DNA from: Paecilomyces variotii
Lineage: Eukaryota
NCBI GenBank assembly: GCA_004022145.1
Contig: RCNU01000009.1
Length of the DNA: 64,000 nt
Strand: one strand, 5' to 3'
The notes under the pieces were generated by a model. That model made no database searches and was not told where the DNA came from. It saw only the letters and a program-made list of their open reading frames with translations. Position numbers and translations under genes: made by a program. Numbering within the stretch: the first letter of the stretch is position 1; the number at the start of each line of letters is the position of its first letter. Shown here piece by piece: positions 51,001 to 63,798 of this stretch.

Positions 51001-54000
51001 GTTGACTTAGTAGTCGGCGAAAAGAGAACATCAGCAAAGAAACTCGCTGTCTTTTTCACAGTCCCAAACGAACCCAAATATGCTTACTCTCCGCCTGGGC
51101 ATGATAAATCAAATCACTCGGAGGAACTTCTGCTACTAATGACTGCGCCCATCCACTCACTAGCGCGGGAGTTAAAAGATTCATTGACGGCAATATTACC
51201 TGCATACATGGTTCCAAAGCTATTCTTTCCTATCCATAGTTTGCCGTGGGCCACTTCTGGAAAGCTCGACCGCCTCAGACTCCGAAAGGCTGCGGAGATG
51301 CTCTCGAGGGAAGAGATGAAGCCCTATACGCTAATCAAAGACGCCAAAGGACGCAGGACTGGAACAAAAGCGGAGGATTCACTGCTGGCCTTATGGGAGA
51401 AAGTATTGAGTCTTCCTCAAGGTTCAATTCATGCCGATAGCAATTTTTTTGAACTCGGTGGTGATTCATTAGCAGCAATTCGTCTCATTGGAGAGGCGCG
51501 GTCACAACGGATCTTACTTCGAGCAGTCGACATCTTCCGCTATCCTCTGTTGACCGATATGGCTACTCACTGTGAGCCTTTAAATGATGCGCTTACACCC
51601 AGGCCAAAACCTTTCAGCTTATTGCAGACAGCGACTTCCATAGAACATACGGTCCGCGAAGCAGCCACCGAGTGTCAAATTGACAAAGATTCAGTGTCTG
51701 ATGTTTACCCATGCAGTCCGCTACAGGAAGGTTTAATTGCACTTTCTATTAAGAAAGTCGGTGTTTACGTTGCTCAACTCACGTTTCGACTTGACGAGGC
51801 CACAAATCTTGACCGCTTCAAAGCTGCTTGGCAACAGGCTGTCAATGAATATGATATGCTGCGAACTCGAATAATACATACGTCTTCTGAAGGAATCCTT
51901 CAAGTCGTGACCAAACATAATTCTATCTGCTGGTACGCTGCCGAGAGCTTGCAGAATGTTGAAAGGCAACCCATCGTCATGACACAACATAATGGAGCGC
52001 TGCCATTACAATTTACACTAATAACAGCGCCTCAATCCGCGAGACGTTATTTCGTGTTGTCTATACACCATGCTCTCTATGATGGTTGGAGTTTGAGTCT
52101 TATCTTCCGCAGAGTGGAGGACATATACTTTGACAGAGCGTCAAGGCCAGCAGAGTCTTCTTACGCCAAGTTCATCCGCTATCTCCTTCACAGAGATACA
52201 TCAGACTCAGATCAATTCTGGACGTCCTACCTTGCGAATTCCTCCCCTACCCACTTCCCACTGGCTGGGAGCTTCCCATCAAGCGAAACGTCACCTATGC
52301 AGTCCATAAGGGGCGACAAAGAGTTTTCGTACGCTGCTCTTAGGAAGGATATCACTGTCCCAGAACTTGTCCGGGCAGCCTGGGCTATTTCAGTTTCATC
52401 ACATACAGGCTCGAATGATGTCTGCTTTGGGGAAACTTTGACTGGTCGGAACAGTGAAATAGCTGGAGCATCTGAGATAATTGGTCCTGTGCTGACCACT
52501 GTTCCCACTCGGATTGTTCTAGATCGACAGTGGTCGATATCACAGTATCTGCAAGAGGTGCACAAAATAACGACAGATATGATACCACACCAGCACTCGG
52601 GGCTGCAATGTATCCGACGCCTCAGTGAAGACACGTCTGTTGCATGTGACTTCCAGAACCTGTTGATCACACAGACTTCCAGGGAGAATTTAGATGAACG
52701 CCTATGGGCATTTGAATCATCGGAGTCTAACCAAGGCTTTCTAACATATCCCTTAGTTGTCGAATGCAATATCACTGGTGCTGGGATAGCGATCAGTATT
52801 CATTACAACGAGACTATGTTATCCCGGTGGCAGGCAGAACGGCTGCTTCATCAACTTGGATTCCTTCTGACGCAGCTCAGCGAATTATCCACGGATAATT
52901 CATCGAAACTCAGTGATCTAAAATTGTTAAGCTCAGAGGACATCTACCAGATAGGCAATTGGAACCATCTGCACCCACAGCCGATCGATAAATGCATACA
53001 CGAATTGTTCGAGGAAAGGCACATTATACAGCCAACAGCTCTGGCAATCTGTGCATGGGACGGAGAGCTCACGTATCAAGGATTAGCCAGGTATGCTTCT
53101 CGGTTTGCATCGTATCTCATTACGCTCGGCGTTGGGCCCGAAGTCTTCGTTCCAGTGTGCATAGGCAGGTCAGTATGGACGACTGTTATACTTATGGGTG
53201 TGTTGATGGCTGGTGGTGCTTTTGTGCCATTGGACCCAGGGCATCCAATAAGACGACATATAGAGATACTGGAAGAGTTGGAAGCGGAGATTATGATATG
53301 CTCGCCTCTTTACAGTTCTCGATACAGGAAACTCGTCAAACGCTGTATTGAAGTGGACGGTTCCACCATCACTTCTCACTCAAATCCAAACACGAGCGTA
53401 ACTCACCAAGCGAGAGTGTGTGGATCGAACGTCGCATACGTTATCTTCACTTCGGGGACAACCGGCCGCGCAAAGGGCATCATAGTCGAACATAGAGCAT
53501 TCGCTAGCAGCTCTGTAGCGTTCGCGCCTGTATTGTCCATAAATTATACTTCTCGTGTTCTTCAGTTTGCATCTCTCAGTTTTGATGCTGCGATTATGGA
53601 GATATTTACAACACTGATCTCCGGTGGATGCATATGCGTTCCCAATGAAGAGCAACGCCTTACGGACATTTCAGGAGCTATCCAGGATCTCCGCGTCTCG
53701 TGGGCTCTCCTTACGCCCTCAGTTGCAAAAATCATTGACCCAGCAACAGTGCCTTGTTTGAAGGTCCTGGTATGTGGCGGGGAAGCCATGACTTCTGATG
53801 TGATTACGAGATGGGGAGACTTTGTGAAGCTCATAAATGCTTATGGGCCCACCGAAGCGGCTGTTGTCTCAACAGTCAATGCGACTGTAACTCCTGAGTC
53901 TAGCTCGCACTGTATCGGCCGCGGTATTGCTTCGACTACAACGTGGATTCTAAGCATTAGCGACCAAGATCGCCTAGCGCCTCTAGGGGCCATTGGTGAA

Positions 54001-57000
54001 CTTGCTCTCTCAGGCCCGGCATTGGCTAGGGGTTACCTTCGAGATCCAGCCACAACAGCTGTATCATTTATTGAGAACTCTTCATGGACACAGAGTCTAG
54101 CGGGCAATCTGAAATCACCGGGGCGGATATATAAAACAGGTGATCTCGTGAGATATAATGCGGATGGCTCACTTGAATACATTGGACGTAAGGACAATCA
54201 AGTCAAAGTCCATGGCCAACGAATAGATCTTGGAGAAATCGAGTGCCGTATCATCTCCGATCAACGAGTTCATCAGGCCATTGTCCTATTGCCAAAGAAG
54301 GGTCATTGCAGGGGTCGAATAGTTGTGGTACTGACGCTCGACGGGTTTGACTCAACTACACAAGCAATCGCAGGTAGTTCATGTGAACTGCTGAGGAAAA
54401 CATGCCTGAAGAGAGCGCTGCCCCAAATAGAGGGACTAAGAAGCTTTCTCGGAGAGCGACTACCTCCATACATGCTTCCTCACGTATGGGTAGCCCTCGA
54501 AAATATGCCGATGCTTGTATCCGGAAAGCTTGATAGGAAAGGCGTCTCGAAGTTCATCGAAGACATGTCCGAAGAAACGTACAACTTGATAACAAACACG
54601 AACCTCAAAGAATCGAGCAAGGTGATAACGAGAAATGAGGAACTGCTTGGACATATCTGTGCTCAAGTGCTCAATCTACCCTCCGGGAACGTCGATTTGA
54701 ATAAGTCTTTCTTGAACTTAGGTGAGTTCCAGACCATCGGAATTGATTCAGGCACTTATTGATCTCCTTACTATATAGGTGGTGATAGTATATCAGCAAT
54801 GTCTGTTATGGCTCAGGCACGCAAGCAAAGCCTCCGTCTAACACTCTATTCAATCTTACAATGCGAATCCATCTCCAAACTTGCTTTGAGTGTGGGATCC
54901 AGCACTTTAGTTTCTCAACAAGAGAAGACAGGCGACGGCTTCGATTTATCTCCAATTCAGACCCTTTACACCCGATCAGCACGAAACTTCAATGGAGAAA
55001 GTCGATTTAACCAAAGTCTCACCCTTCGGCTGGCTCATCCCGTAGAGCCGCATACCCTTGAACATGCTATCAGAGCCGTGATCAAGCGCCATTCCATGTT
55101 ACGAGCGCGCTTCAGCATCGGAGTCGACGGCATTTGGCAACAGACGGTTACGGATGTAGGACCTCATTAATACGTTGTCCCCTGTTGAGAATCTAAAGGT
55201 TGACATCTTTTACAGGAAGTTGATCCATCCTATCGTTACCGATCGCACCATATAGATGCCACACAGAAGATGCAACCACTGATCGCCAGTAGTCAAGAAT
55301 GTCTGAACATATTTGACGGTCCGATATTTGCCGCTGATCTTTTCCTGGGTCCCGAAACTCAGGTCCTCTTCATGGTTGCCAGCCATCTTTGCGTTGACAT
55401 GGTATCTTGGCGTATTATACTCCAAGACATTCAAGACTTTATGGAGACTGCATCCTTGCCAGCTGACGTACCGCTGCCTTTCCAGTCTTGGTCGAGGTTA
55501 TGTTCAGAGCACAACAAGGACGTGCAATTGCCTCTTCCGTTCAACATCGGTCAGACTCCCATTGACTACTGGGGTATGGAAAGGACACCGAACATCTACG
55601 CCGATGCAGTGGTTGAATGCTTTTCTTTGAACGAGGAGATTACGAAACACGCCTTGGAAGAATGCCACAGAGCGTTTCGTACAGAGCCTATAGATTTGTT
55701 TCTGTCGACAATCATCTATTCCTTTCGCAGTGTCTTTTCTGATCGAGGACATCCGATTTTGTTCAATGAAGGTCACGGACGCGAGTCGTGGGACCCAGAA
55801 ATAGATCCTTCTGGGACTGTAGGTTGGTTTACCACTATTTGCCCTTTAAAAGTCCTTTCTGAGTCAGGTAAGTATAAAAAAGGCCCTTCGTGTTTTCCTA
55901 GCTAATTTCAAAAATAGGCGACAAATTGGATATCTTGAAGAAAGTCAAGGATACTAGACGAAAGTTCTCCGCCAGTGTTAATGCATACCTCGCGCATTAT
56001 CTGTCGTCTTCAGAAAAGGGCTCTAGCGTTGAAAGATCTTACGTCCCGATGGAGATATTGTTCAACTATCTCGGACGTTTCCAACAGCTGGAGCAAAAAG
56101 ACTCGTTGTTCCAACATGCAGAATCACGACTCAGTGAGTCTGCTACTACTGACGACGTCGGTCCTTCGACAGTACGACTGGCTCTGTTCGAGATAACCGC
56201 GATCGTAATCGAAGGACGACTGCAATTCTCCTTCACGTATAACAGAAGGATGAAGCATACCCGGGAAATCTGCCGATGGATATCTGAGTTTCAGAAATCG
56301 TTGGAGCAAACCGTTATCCAGCTGAGAAAATGTCCTCCTGAGCCGACTTTAAGTGACTACCCCCTATTGCCACTTACCTATCCAAATCTTCAAACCCTCG
56401 TCAAGCACACCTTCCCCAAGATAGGCGTACAGAATCCAGAGGATATTGAAGACATTTATCCTTGCTCTCCCGTGCAGGAAGGTATCCTGCTAAGTCAGAT
56501 CCGGGATAAAGAGACATACTTTTTCCATGTCATCTTCGAACTGAGAGACAAGCGACGCAATCCCAGCGTGGCATGTCAAAGGCTAAAAGAGGCATGGCAA
56601 AAAATAACCCGGCGACACCCAGCCTTGAGAACTATCTTGGTTGACAGCGTCCACAAAGGCGGGACTTTCGATCAGATAGTCATGAGATCAGTGAGAGAAA
56701 ACATCAAAATCTTCGCTTGTGAGGATTTCGGAGCCGTCGACAAGCTGAGATCCACAAAGCTGCATATGGAAAATTCCGAAAAAGGGCATCGTCTTCCGCA
56801 TCTATTGACAATATGCACGACGACAACGGGGAGGATCTTTGTCAAGATGGAAATAAACCATGCAGTTATAGATGGTGCATCTGTTCCAATCCTCCTTAGA
56901 GACTTCGCGCTTGCATATACTGGCAAGCTACCTGAGGGACGTGGACCGCTAATCAGTGATTATATCCGTTACATTCTGGATCAGCCACTAGATGTGAATA

Positions 57001-60000
57001 TGTCGTTTTGGAAAGAGAAGCTGCGAGGATTGCAACCGTCAAACTTACCAATACTCACCCAGAATCCATCGCAGGGACACAGATTAGCTACCATGGAAAT
57101 GCGATTCGAGGCATTCCGTGAACTACAGGGATTCTGCGACCGTACCGGCATCACACTTGCCAGCGTTATGCAAGCCGCCTGGGCTATTGTTTTACAAGCC
57201 TATACACATTCGGAAGAAGTGTGTTTCGGGTATCTATCTTCGGGGCGCGATGCGCCCTTAGACGGGATTCAAGACGCAGTCGGTCCATTTATCAATATGC
57301 TATGTTGCAGGGTGAAGCTTGAATCTTCTCAGTGCCTTAGCGACATCTCTCGAAATATCCAGAATGACTTCATCGATAGTATTTCGCATCAGCATTGTTC
57401 GCTAGCACAAGTCCAGCACGAACTTGGATTAGCAGGAAAAGCTCTATTCAACACTGCCGTCTCGATCCAGAATCACTCACTGCCGGATGACTCTCAGGGA
57501 GAGCTGATAACTGATGTGAAGTCCACACATGATCCTAACGAGGTATGCTGACACCATTTTAACAACGGTATTATCATGTCTGCTAATGAAACGCGAACAG
57601 TACGCTGTCACAGTGAATATAGAAACTTCCCGAGGACAGGAAGGGGTCTTATTCACCTATTGGGAAGATTTCGTATCCAACAAGGAAGCTTCACGACTAG
57701 TTTCGAGAATGACAGCCATTCTTACGGAGTTCATTAAAAACCCAGAAACGAGAATATCCGACTTGAGAATCGACGCCACAGAGAAAGCTGAACATGTGGA
57801 TGAAAATCCTCCGCACGAAGAACCAGTGTCTCCGAACGAGAAAGACACTGGCAATCGGTTCGCCGACCTAAGTGACCTTGCCTTACAACAGCTCGTCGAT
57901 AAGCGTGTTCGGGAGACCATCAAACAGCTACTCAAGGACGGCACAATTCCTGGTGCTGCCGGGCAAAAGACACCTAACGAGAACATACAGTATCCAGAAA
58001 CCCAGTCTCTCCAAGATATTCCTCCAACAGAAGAGCCAAAATCCTCCCCGGAATTGGACAAGGTTGATCCCCATCCTCCATTTACTGAAGCCTCCCGGGA
58101 AACGCCTTATGAGCTAGAGAGCACACTTCTCAGTCTCTGGTGCTCGCTACTAGACTTGACGACAGACTCGATAAACAAAGACGACAGTTTCTTCGACCTA
58201 GGAGGAGACAGTATTCTTGCAATGAGACTAGTCGGTGCCGCGCGCGAGCAAGGCCTGACTCTGACAGTAGCCGATGTATTCCGCAACCCCATCTTTGAAG
58301 ATATGCTCGGAATCATGCGTGTCACAGACATCATTAGTATCTCAGATCAGAATGAAAAGAAGACCTCCGAAATAATGGACGACCTCCTCACCTCTTCAGC
58401 CAGCAAGGAACTCGTCCAAAGATTCTCTCTTCTAGAAGCTGTGGATCTTAACGAGGCCTTTCTCCAAAGCACCATATGTCCTAAAATCGGCGTCTTCAGG
58501 GGCGGTATCGCTGATGTGTTTCCCGTAACGGATTTCCAGGCACTGGCGATTGCAGGGGCGCATTTGAAGTCTCGATGGATGCTGAACTATTTCTCTCTCG
58601 AGGGCCGAGGCGTTTTGGATCTTAAACGTCTCAAAGAAAGTTGTTTCCGCGTGGTCGATGCCTTTGACATCCTACGAACCGTCTTCGTCTGTACTGGAGG
58701 CCGATTCGTTCAGGTCATTCTTCGGAGATTGCGTCCTGAATTCTCAGTCTACGAGACAGACAGTACTCTCGAGGAGTTTACGACGACGCTACGCCGTCAA
58801 GACAGCGAGACCACACTCAAACAAGGGGAGCCATTTGTGCGGTTCATCGTCATCAGAGAGAAAGCGAGTGATCGACACCGTTTCTTGATTCGATTGTCCC
58901 ACGCGCAGTATGATGGGATATCCCTTCCTAGGATACTTGCCGCCACTCGATCCGGATACGAAGGTGGTCCGATACCTTCGACGAGATCATTCGCAAACTA
59001 TGTACGTGCATCGACAGAAACGATCACATCAACCCATTACGAACACTGGAAGTCTTTTCTGAAAGATAGCAAAATGACCGAGATCATCCCTCGTCAGACC
59101 CCGAACTATAACAGATCGTCAGTTACAGCTGTTAATCTGACGAAGAAAGTGCAAATCCAATCAATAGCCCATGGCAGCATTACAACAGCAACAGTCATCA
59201 AGTCCTCGTGGGCTCTGACTTTGGCGAAAATCTCAGCACAACCGGACGTTGTCTTCGGCCACACCATCAGCGGTCGCAATGTCTCTGTTCCCGGCGTAGA
59301 GACGATTGTAGGCCCATGTCTGAACATTGTTCCCGTTAGGGTTCCATTCCGGAATGGCTGGTCGGGTCTTGATTTACTCCGCTACGTCCAAGACCAGCAA
59401 GTGGCCCATATGCCTTACGAGGCACTTGGCTTCAGGGAAATCATCAGGCGCTGTACTGATTGGCCAGACTGGACGTACTTCACCAGCACAGTCCAACACC
59501 AGAATATAGATAACCGCAAAGAACTACAGATGGGAGACATCAACTACACCGTGACTGGTTATGGAGCCGATCAGGACTTTTCTGACTTTGCAATCGTCTC
59601 CACGCCCTTGGACACCGGGGTCGTGGAGATCACACTAAGCTTCTCAATCAACAAGGACAACAATAACAACATAACCACATCCTTCGCCGAACACGTCCTA
59701 GACATGCTCTGTACAACAGCCCATCTCATATCCAGCCATCCAACAACAATTCTCCCCACTCCAACCACTCTCTCAGACACTCCATCTCTAATCATCAACA
59801 ATCAACCATCCCCATCTCCATCTCCATCAGAAAAAGAAAAAGAAGAAACCTTCCTATCCAACCACCTAAAGGGACTCAAAAGATCCGAAATCATCGCTCT
59901 ATCAGATATCCTCACTCGCATATGGCGACAAGTTCTAACAGATCCTGAAACCAATCGCTGTCCATCCATTCAGCCAGATTGCTCTTTCTTCGATCTAGGT

Positions 60001-60312
60001 GGAGACATCGTATCTCTCGCGCAGGTTGTGTGGCTATTAGATGAAGAAGGGTTTCAGATTCAGATTGAAAGTTTGATTGAGCATCCTACGCTCGTGGGGC
60101 AGATGGTTGTGCTGAATATGTGTCGTGAAGAAGGTAAAAGGGATAAAGAAGGGAAAAGCATGCCTGTTGTAAGAAACAAGGAGGTTGTAGCGGCAGCTAC
60201 GAGAGCAGAGAGGAGGGGAGAAAATAGGAAGAAGATGTCTTGGGTTAGGGTTGTGAGGCTTGCTAAGAAGGTCATACGTCGAGATGGAAGGGTTCAAATG
60301 GTTGAAGCATAA
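36006..60312 (+). CDS. Multimodular NRPS, Pes1/HcpA/NPS4-like: (half-C)-A-T-E-C-A-T-C-A-T-E-C-A-T-C-A-T-E-C-T-C-T*
   Basis: 11 exons: 36006-36554, 36604-37020, 37076-37378, 37441-45361, 45419-46644, 46696-47749, 47840-54721, 54779-55155, 55216-55867, 55918-57542, 57601-60312; total 23,718 nt, divisible by 3 (~7,905 aa). Five A domains (FTSGxTG, YGPxE, YxTGDL, SGKLxR). GGDS carriers near 38677, 43330, 46696, 51457, 54779 and 58201; GGDI near 59998. Three E domains (xHLxxDxVSW, ExHGRE, GWFTT). C domains SHAIMDG, HHALYDG, SHAICDG, HHALYDG, NHAVIDG and terminal SHAQYDG. Confidence 0.96.
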
Positions 60313-60921
60313 GTAGTGGGCTGGTAATGATGATGGTTTATTCCCTATTTCCTTTTTGTATTTTTTTTTCTTTTCTCCTCCGGTTGTCTTCATGAAGACA
60401 CATGTCAGCTTGTAAGTTCATGATTGATAAATTTCCTTTCATACCAACACTCTTGCTCTAGTTTTCTTATAATGTCGTTCTTTATTTCCCAACATGATAC
60501 GCACGTGCCACAGAAGGAAACAGAAAGATGATTTTTCTCATTAAATTAAATCAATCCAGTTTCTATTATTCTCGAAACAACAACGAGAACAAAGTGCCAT
60601 CCATCTATAATACAGACCCATAACGAAGAAGATCTCACTCAACTTTTTTCTTTAGTTCGTATGTCCATCCTTGTCGTATGTTCCAGGGTAAACCATCGTA
60701 ATATCAGTTCGACTCGAACCTAAATGCGTCGAGATGCCTATGTACAAAGTTGGGATCAAATGCAGATACTGAATGCGTATGGGATATTCGCAAATATTCG
60801 AAGGCGGGTTGTGTGCTCAATGCACAAAAGTCGAAGGAAGGAAATAGCAGTAAAAGCGCAAAATGATATCGTGCAGCGAAGATTCCGGAAATAGATATGC
60901 TTTCAGCCAGATATGAACCGT

Positions 60922-62781
60922 CTAGTCATTATACACCGACGCTCGGGACCACTTGCCCCTAGCCCTGATGCGTTTTCCGAAGATGTAGAATAAGTAAGGA
61001 ATTGGAATCAGACCTACAGCGATAAACCCGAGCACGCTGGATGCCCAGTCGATGCCAAGGTTATGGAACATTGCGTTCGCGAATAGTGGGAAACAACCTG
61101 CGAAGACACTTCGAAGGAATGTGTTTGCTGCGACTGCACTGGCGGAGGTCTTTTGGAAGGTGTCAATGAGATAGTTGAGCGCTGCTTGGAAGATCGTGAA
61201 GAAGCCTAGACCCATGCATGCTGCGCCAATCACTGGGCCAATCCAGAAGATCTTCTTGGAGGATGTCCATCCAAAGATGAACAAACCAGCTGCGAAGAAA
61301 ATGGAGCCGAACATCATTGGAGGCAGGCGGGCTTCAGGAACGGGTCGGTTGCGGTTCGCTTTGAAGCGCTTGATGTAGAATCTCTGGTTCAATACGTTCA
61401 ATGCGGCGCCAATGAAGATACCGACGAGCAGGGCCAAGAAGGGCAACGCCCCCACAAGCAGATTCCAGCCTCGCTCTTCTTCGAACTCGATGGGGAAAGA
61501 GGCAAGATTGAGATATAGGATACCGTACACGAAGGACGCGTAGAGGGCGACGGTAAAGCAGATCGGTGTCGCAAGCAGCTGAAACGGACGGACGAGATAT
61601 TTGTTGCCCATTTCCTTGAAGCTGGCGTCCCATTCCTCATGTCGGGCATGCAATGCCCAGTTTCCCGTCTCGTGGCGTAATTTTTGCGCCTTGTACACCA
61701 AGAGAACAGGCGGATAGCTTTCATCGAGGAAGATAACGTCGAGGGTGAAGAACAGCATCTGCATTATCCCGGTAATCTGAACTCGATTAGTATGTTGAAA
61801 GCAGCGAAGGGCACTCGAGAAGTACTCACATATTCCGTCCACCTCCATCTCAGATAGCTCTGAACAATGGCTCCACCAACAATAGGTCCCAGAACAGGAC
61901 CACCCACCACTGCCATGGCATATCCAACCATCGCAGCACCTCGCTCCTCCGCAGACCAGATATCACTCAACACACCACCAGTATTTGTAATCGGAGCTGA
62001 GCTGAACAGGCCGGTAAAGAATCGAGTGAGCATAATAGTCTGGACGTCTTTGGCAGCGGCGGTTCCAAACGAGAATATTGCCGCGATGAAATACGGGGCA
62101 AGCACGGCAGGTTTGCGGCCATAAAGTTCAGATAATGGAGCCCAGATGAGAGGGCCCAGTCCGAAACCAAACATTAGCAGGGTCAATCCAAGCGTACTGA
62201 CCTCCTCCCCAACATGGAATTGGCCTGCTATCTGACGAATGCCGGGAGAGTAGCTATCATACAGTTAGTATTTCTTAATTCCGTATAATCTCGAGTCCAC
62301 GGCCGGATCAAAAGGTAGACATACACCGAACTAGACCAAGTAGCACCTAAGAAGGAAATCACCATTAGAAACCTGCGAGCTACTTCAGTTTCCAGTGCTA
62401 GCTGCATCAGAAAGACCTACCCATTGTTGTTAACCCGTACAGTAACGTGGTCATTGCCTTCTTTCTAAACCCCCAATTCAACGGTCTATACGGATCATCG
62501 GGCCCATCGAAATCAACAATGACATCAGGTCCTGTCTTCGTATGGGATAACGGGTGCGTAAAGCGCGCTGTCTGACCCGGTTCTCGACTCCGTATCCTCG
62601 AGACTACCGACTGCGCTCGCTGTTCCATCGACGACAGCGCAGACGCTGCTGTGCTTTGCTTTTCCAGGTTGGCTCCATTTGTATTTGCTGGGCCAGCAAT
62701 GGATCCATATTCAACATCGGAGCTGTCATCGTCATGCTCATGAGGATCGGTGTTTCTGCACGTAATAAGATCTGATGCCAT
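60922..62781 (-). CDS. MFS drug:H+ antiporter (DHA1 family)
   Basis: Multi-exon. VDFDGPDDPYRPLNW, GPLIWAPLSELYGRKP, GGVLSDIW, LRWRWT, ESYPPVLL, PEARLPP, NYLIDTF, ANTFLRS motifs; hydrophobic segments consistent with a 12-TM MFS. Confidence 0.93.
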
Positions 62782-63718
62782 TCCTATTCAAAAGAGCGCA
62801 TCGTTCTCCGACGCGAGCTAAGATATTTTTGAAAATATGTACACTTCTTCTTCCTGATCTTCAACAGAAAGACCAAATCAACAAGAGAAGGAGAGAAAAA
62901 AAAGTTTCAGGAACAGCAGACGAGGGGCAGCGGTAGACGTCACCAAAAAAAGCGCCGGAAACATTGGAGAGCGTTAACTAAGTATCAGTCGGAGGCCATC
63001 AAGTCCGAAGTCCAAGCCGGATAGCCGATAGCGGTCTGGATAAAGCCGATGCCTTAATCCGGCAAACTCGGCATTAACTAGCCTATGTTGGTATTGAATC
63101 GTTCTTTTAGAGCGAAGAAAATTGTCGGCATTATTATTATTGCGCTTCAGTTTGCTATCGGACGTCCATACAATTCGGTGGGTCGGCCTGTTCCGACAGC
63201 TTCAATCTCTGTCTGTCGGAAATGTTTCCGACCTGTCGAAGCCAAAGAGATTGTCCATGTCCATCCAGCTTATCCGAAGCACCTTGCGGGCTGCGATCGC
63301 CACCTTCCGGTAAAAAGTTCAGCCCTTGTCTTGTCGCGGGCAAGTCCGCTTAGGGTAGACAACAGAATCCTCTGCTAGATGCTTCATATCATCAATAATA
63401 ATAATAATATGTTCAATAATAACATCTTGAGGCGTGAGAACAAGATTCGGATATGGTCACATGACCAGGAGGACCCTGCAAACATCCGATGACGTACTCT
63501 TAAGCATGGTAGAAACAGCATACTACGATAAACATCAGTGATCCATGATCTTCGTGTTAGTGTTCATCTGATAAGTCTAGTCTTTCGTAGCATTCCTGAA
63601 TCACTTTCCTATCTAGAAGACGTCTATCGGCTTTTCTATATACAGAACACTGCAATACGTACGGCGTAACAAGAAACATACGTGCGCAGCAAAATGGGGG
63701 AGAATATATAGACATGGC

Positions 63719-63790
63719 GAAAAAAAAAGAAGAAGACGAAGAAGAAGAAAAAGAAAAGAGAAGAAGAGAAGAAAAAAAAAGAGAAGAGAA
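63719..63790 (+). repeat. Purine-rich low-complexity tract (GAA/AAAG/poly-A)
   Basis: About 70 nt almost entirely A/G directly downstream of the IML2-like stop codon (pyrimidine-rich 3' UTR on the minus strand). Confidence 0.7.
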
Positions 63791-63798
63791 TGGCCATC

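Noticed and set aside
36006-60312. Fragmented NRPS ORFs read as several genes or a frameshifted pseudogene
   Set aside because: Every break has a GT...AG intron, splicing restores the motifs, and the summed exon length is divisible by 3.
28425-60312. Apparently lower GC of ABC/NRPS versus flanks as a sign of horizontal transfer
   Set aside because: A visual impression only, not computed. Typical fungal introns and the housekeeping context favour vertical inheritance with weak codon bias.
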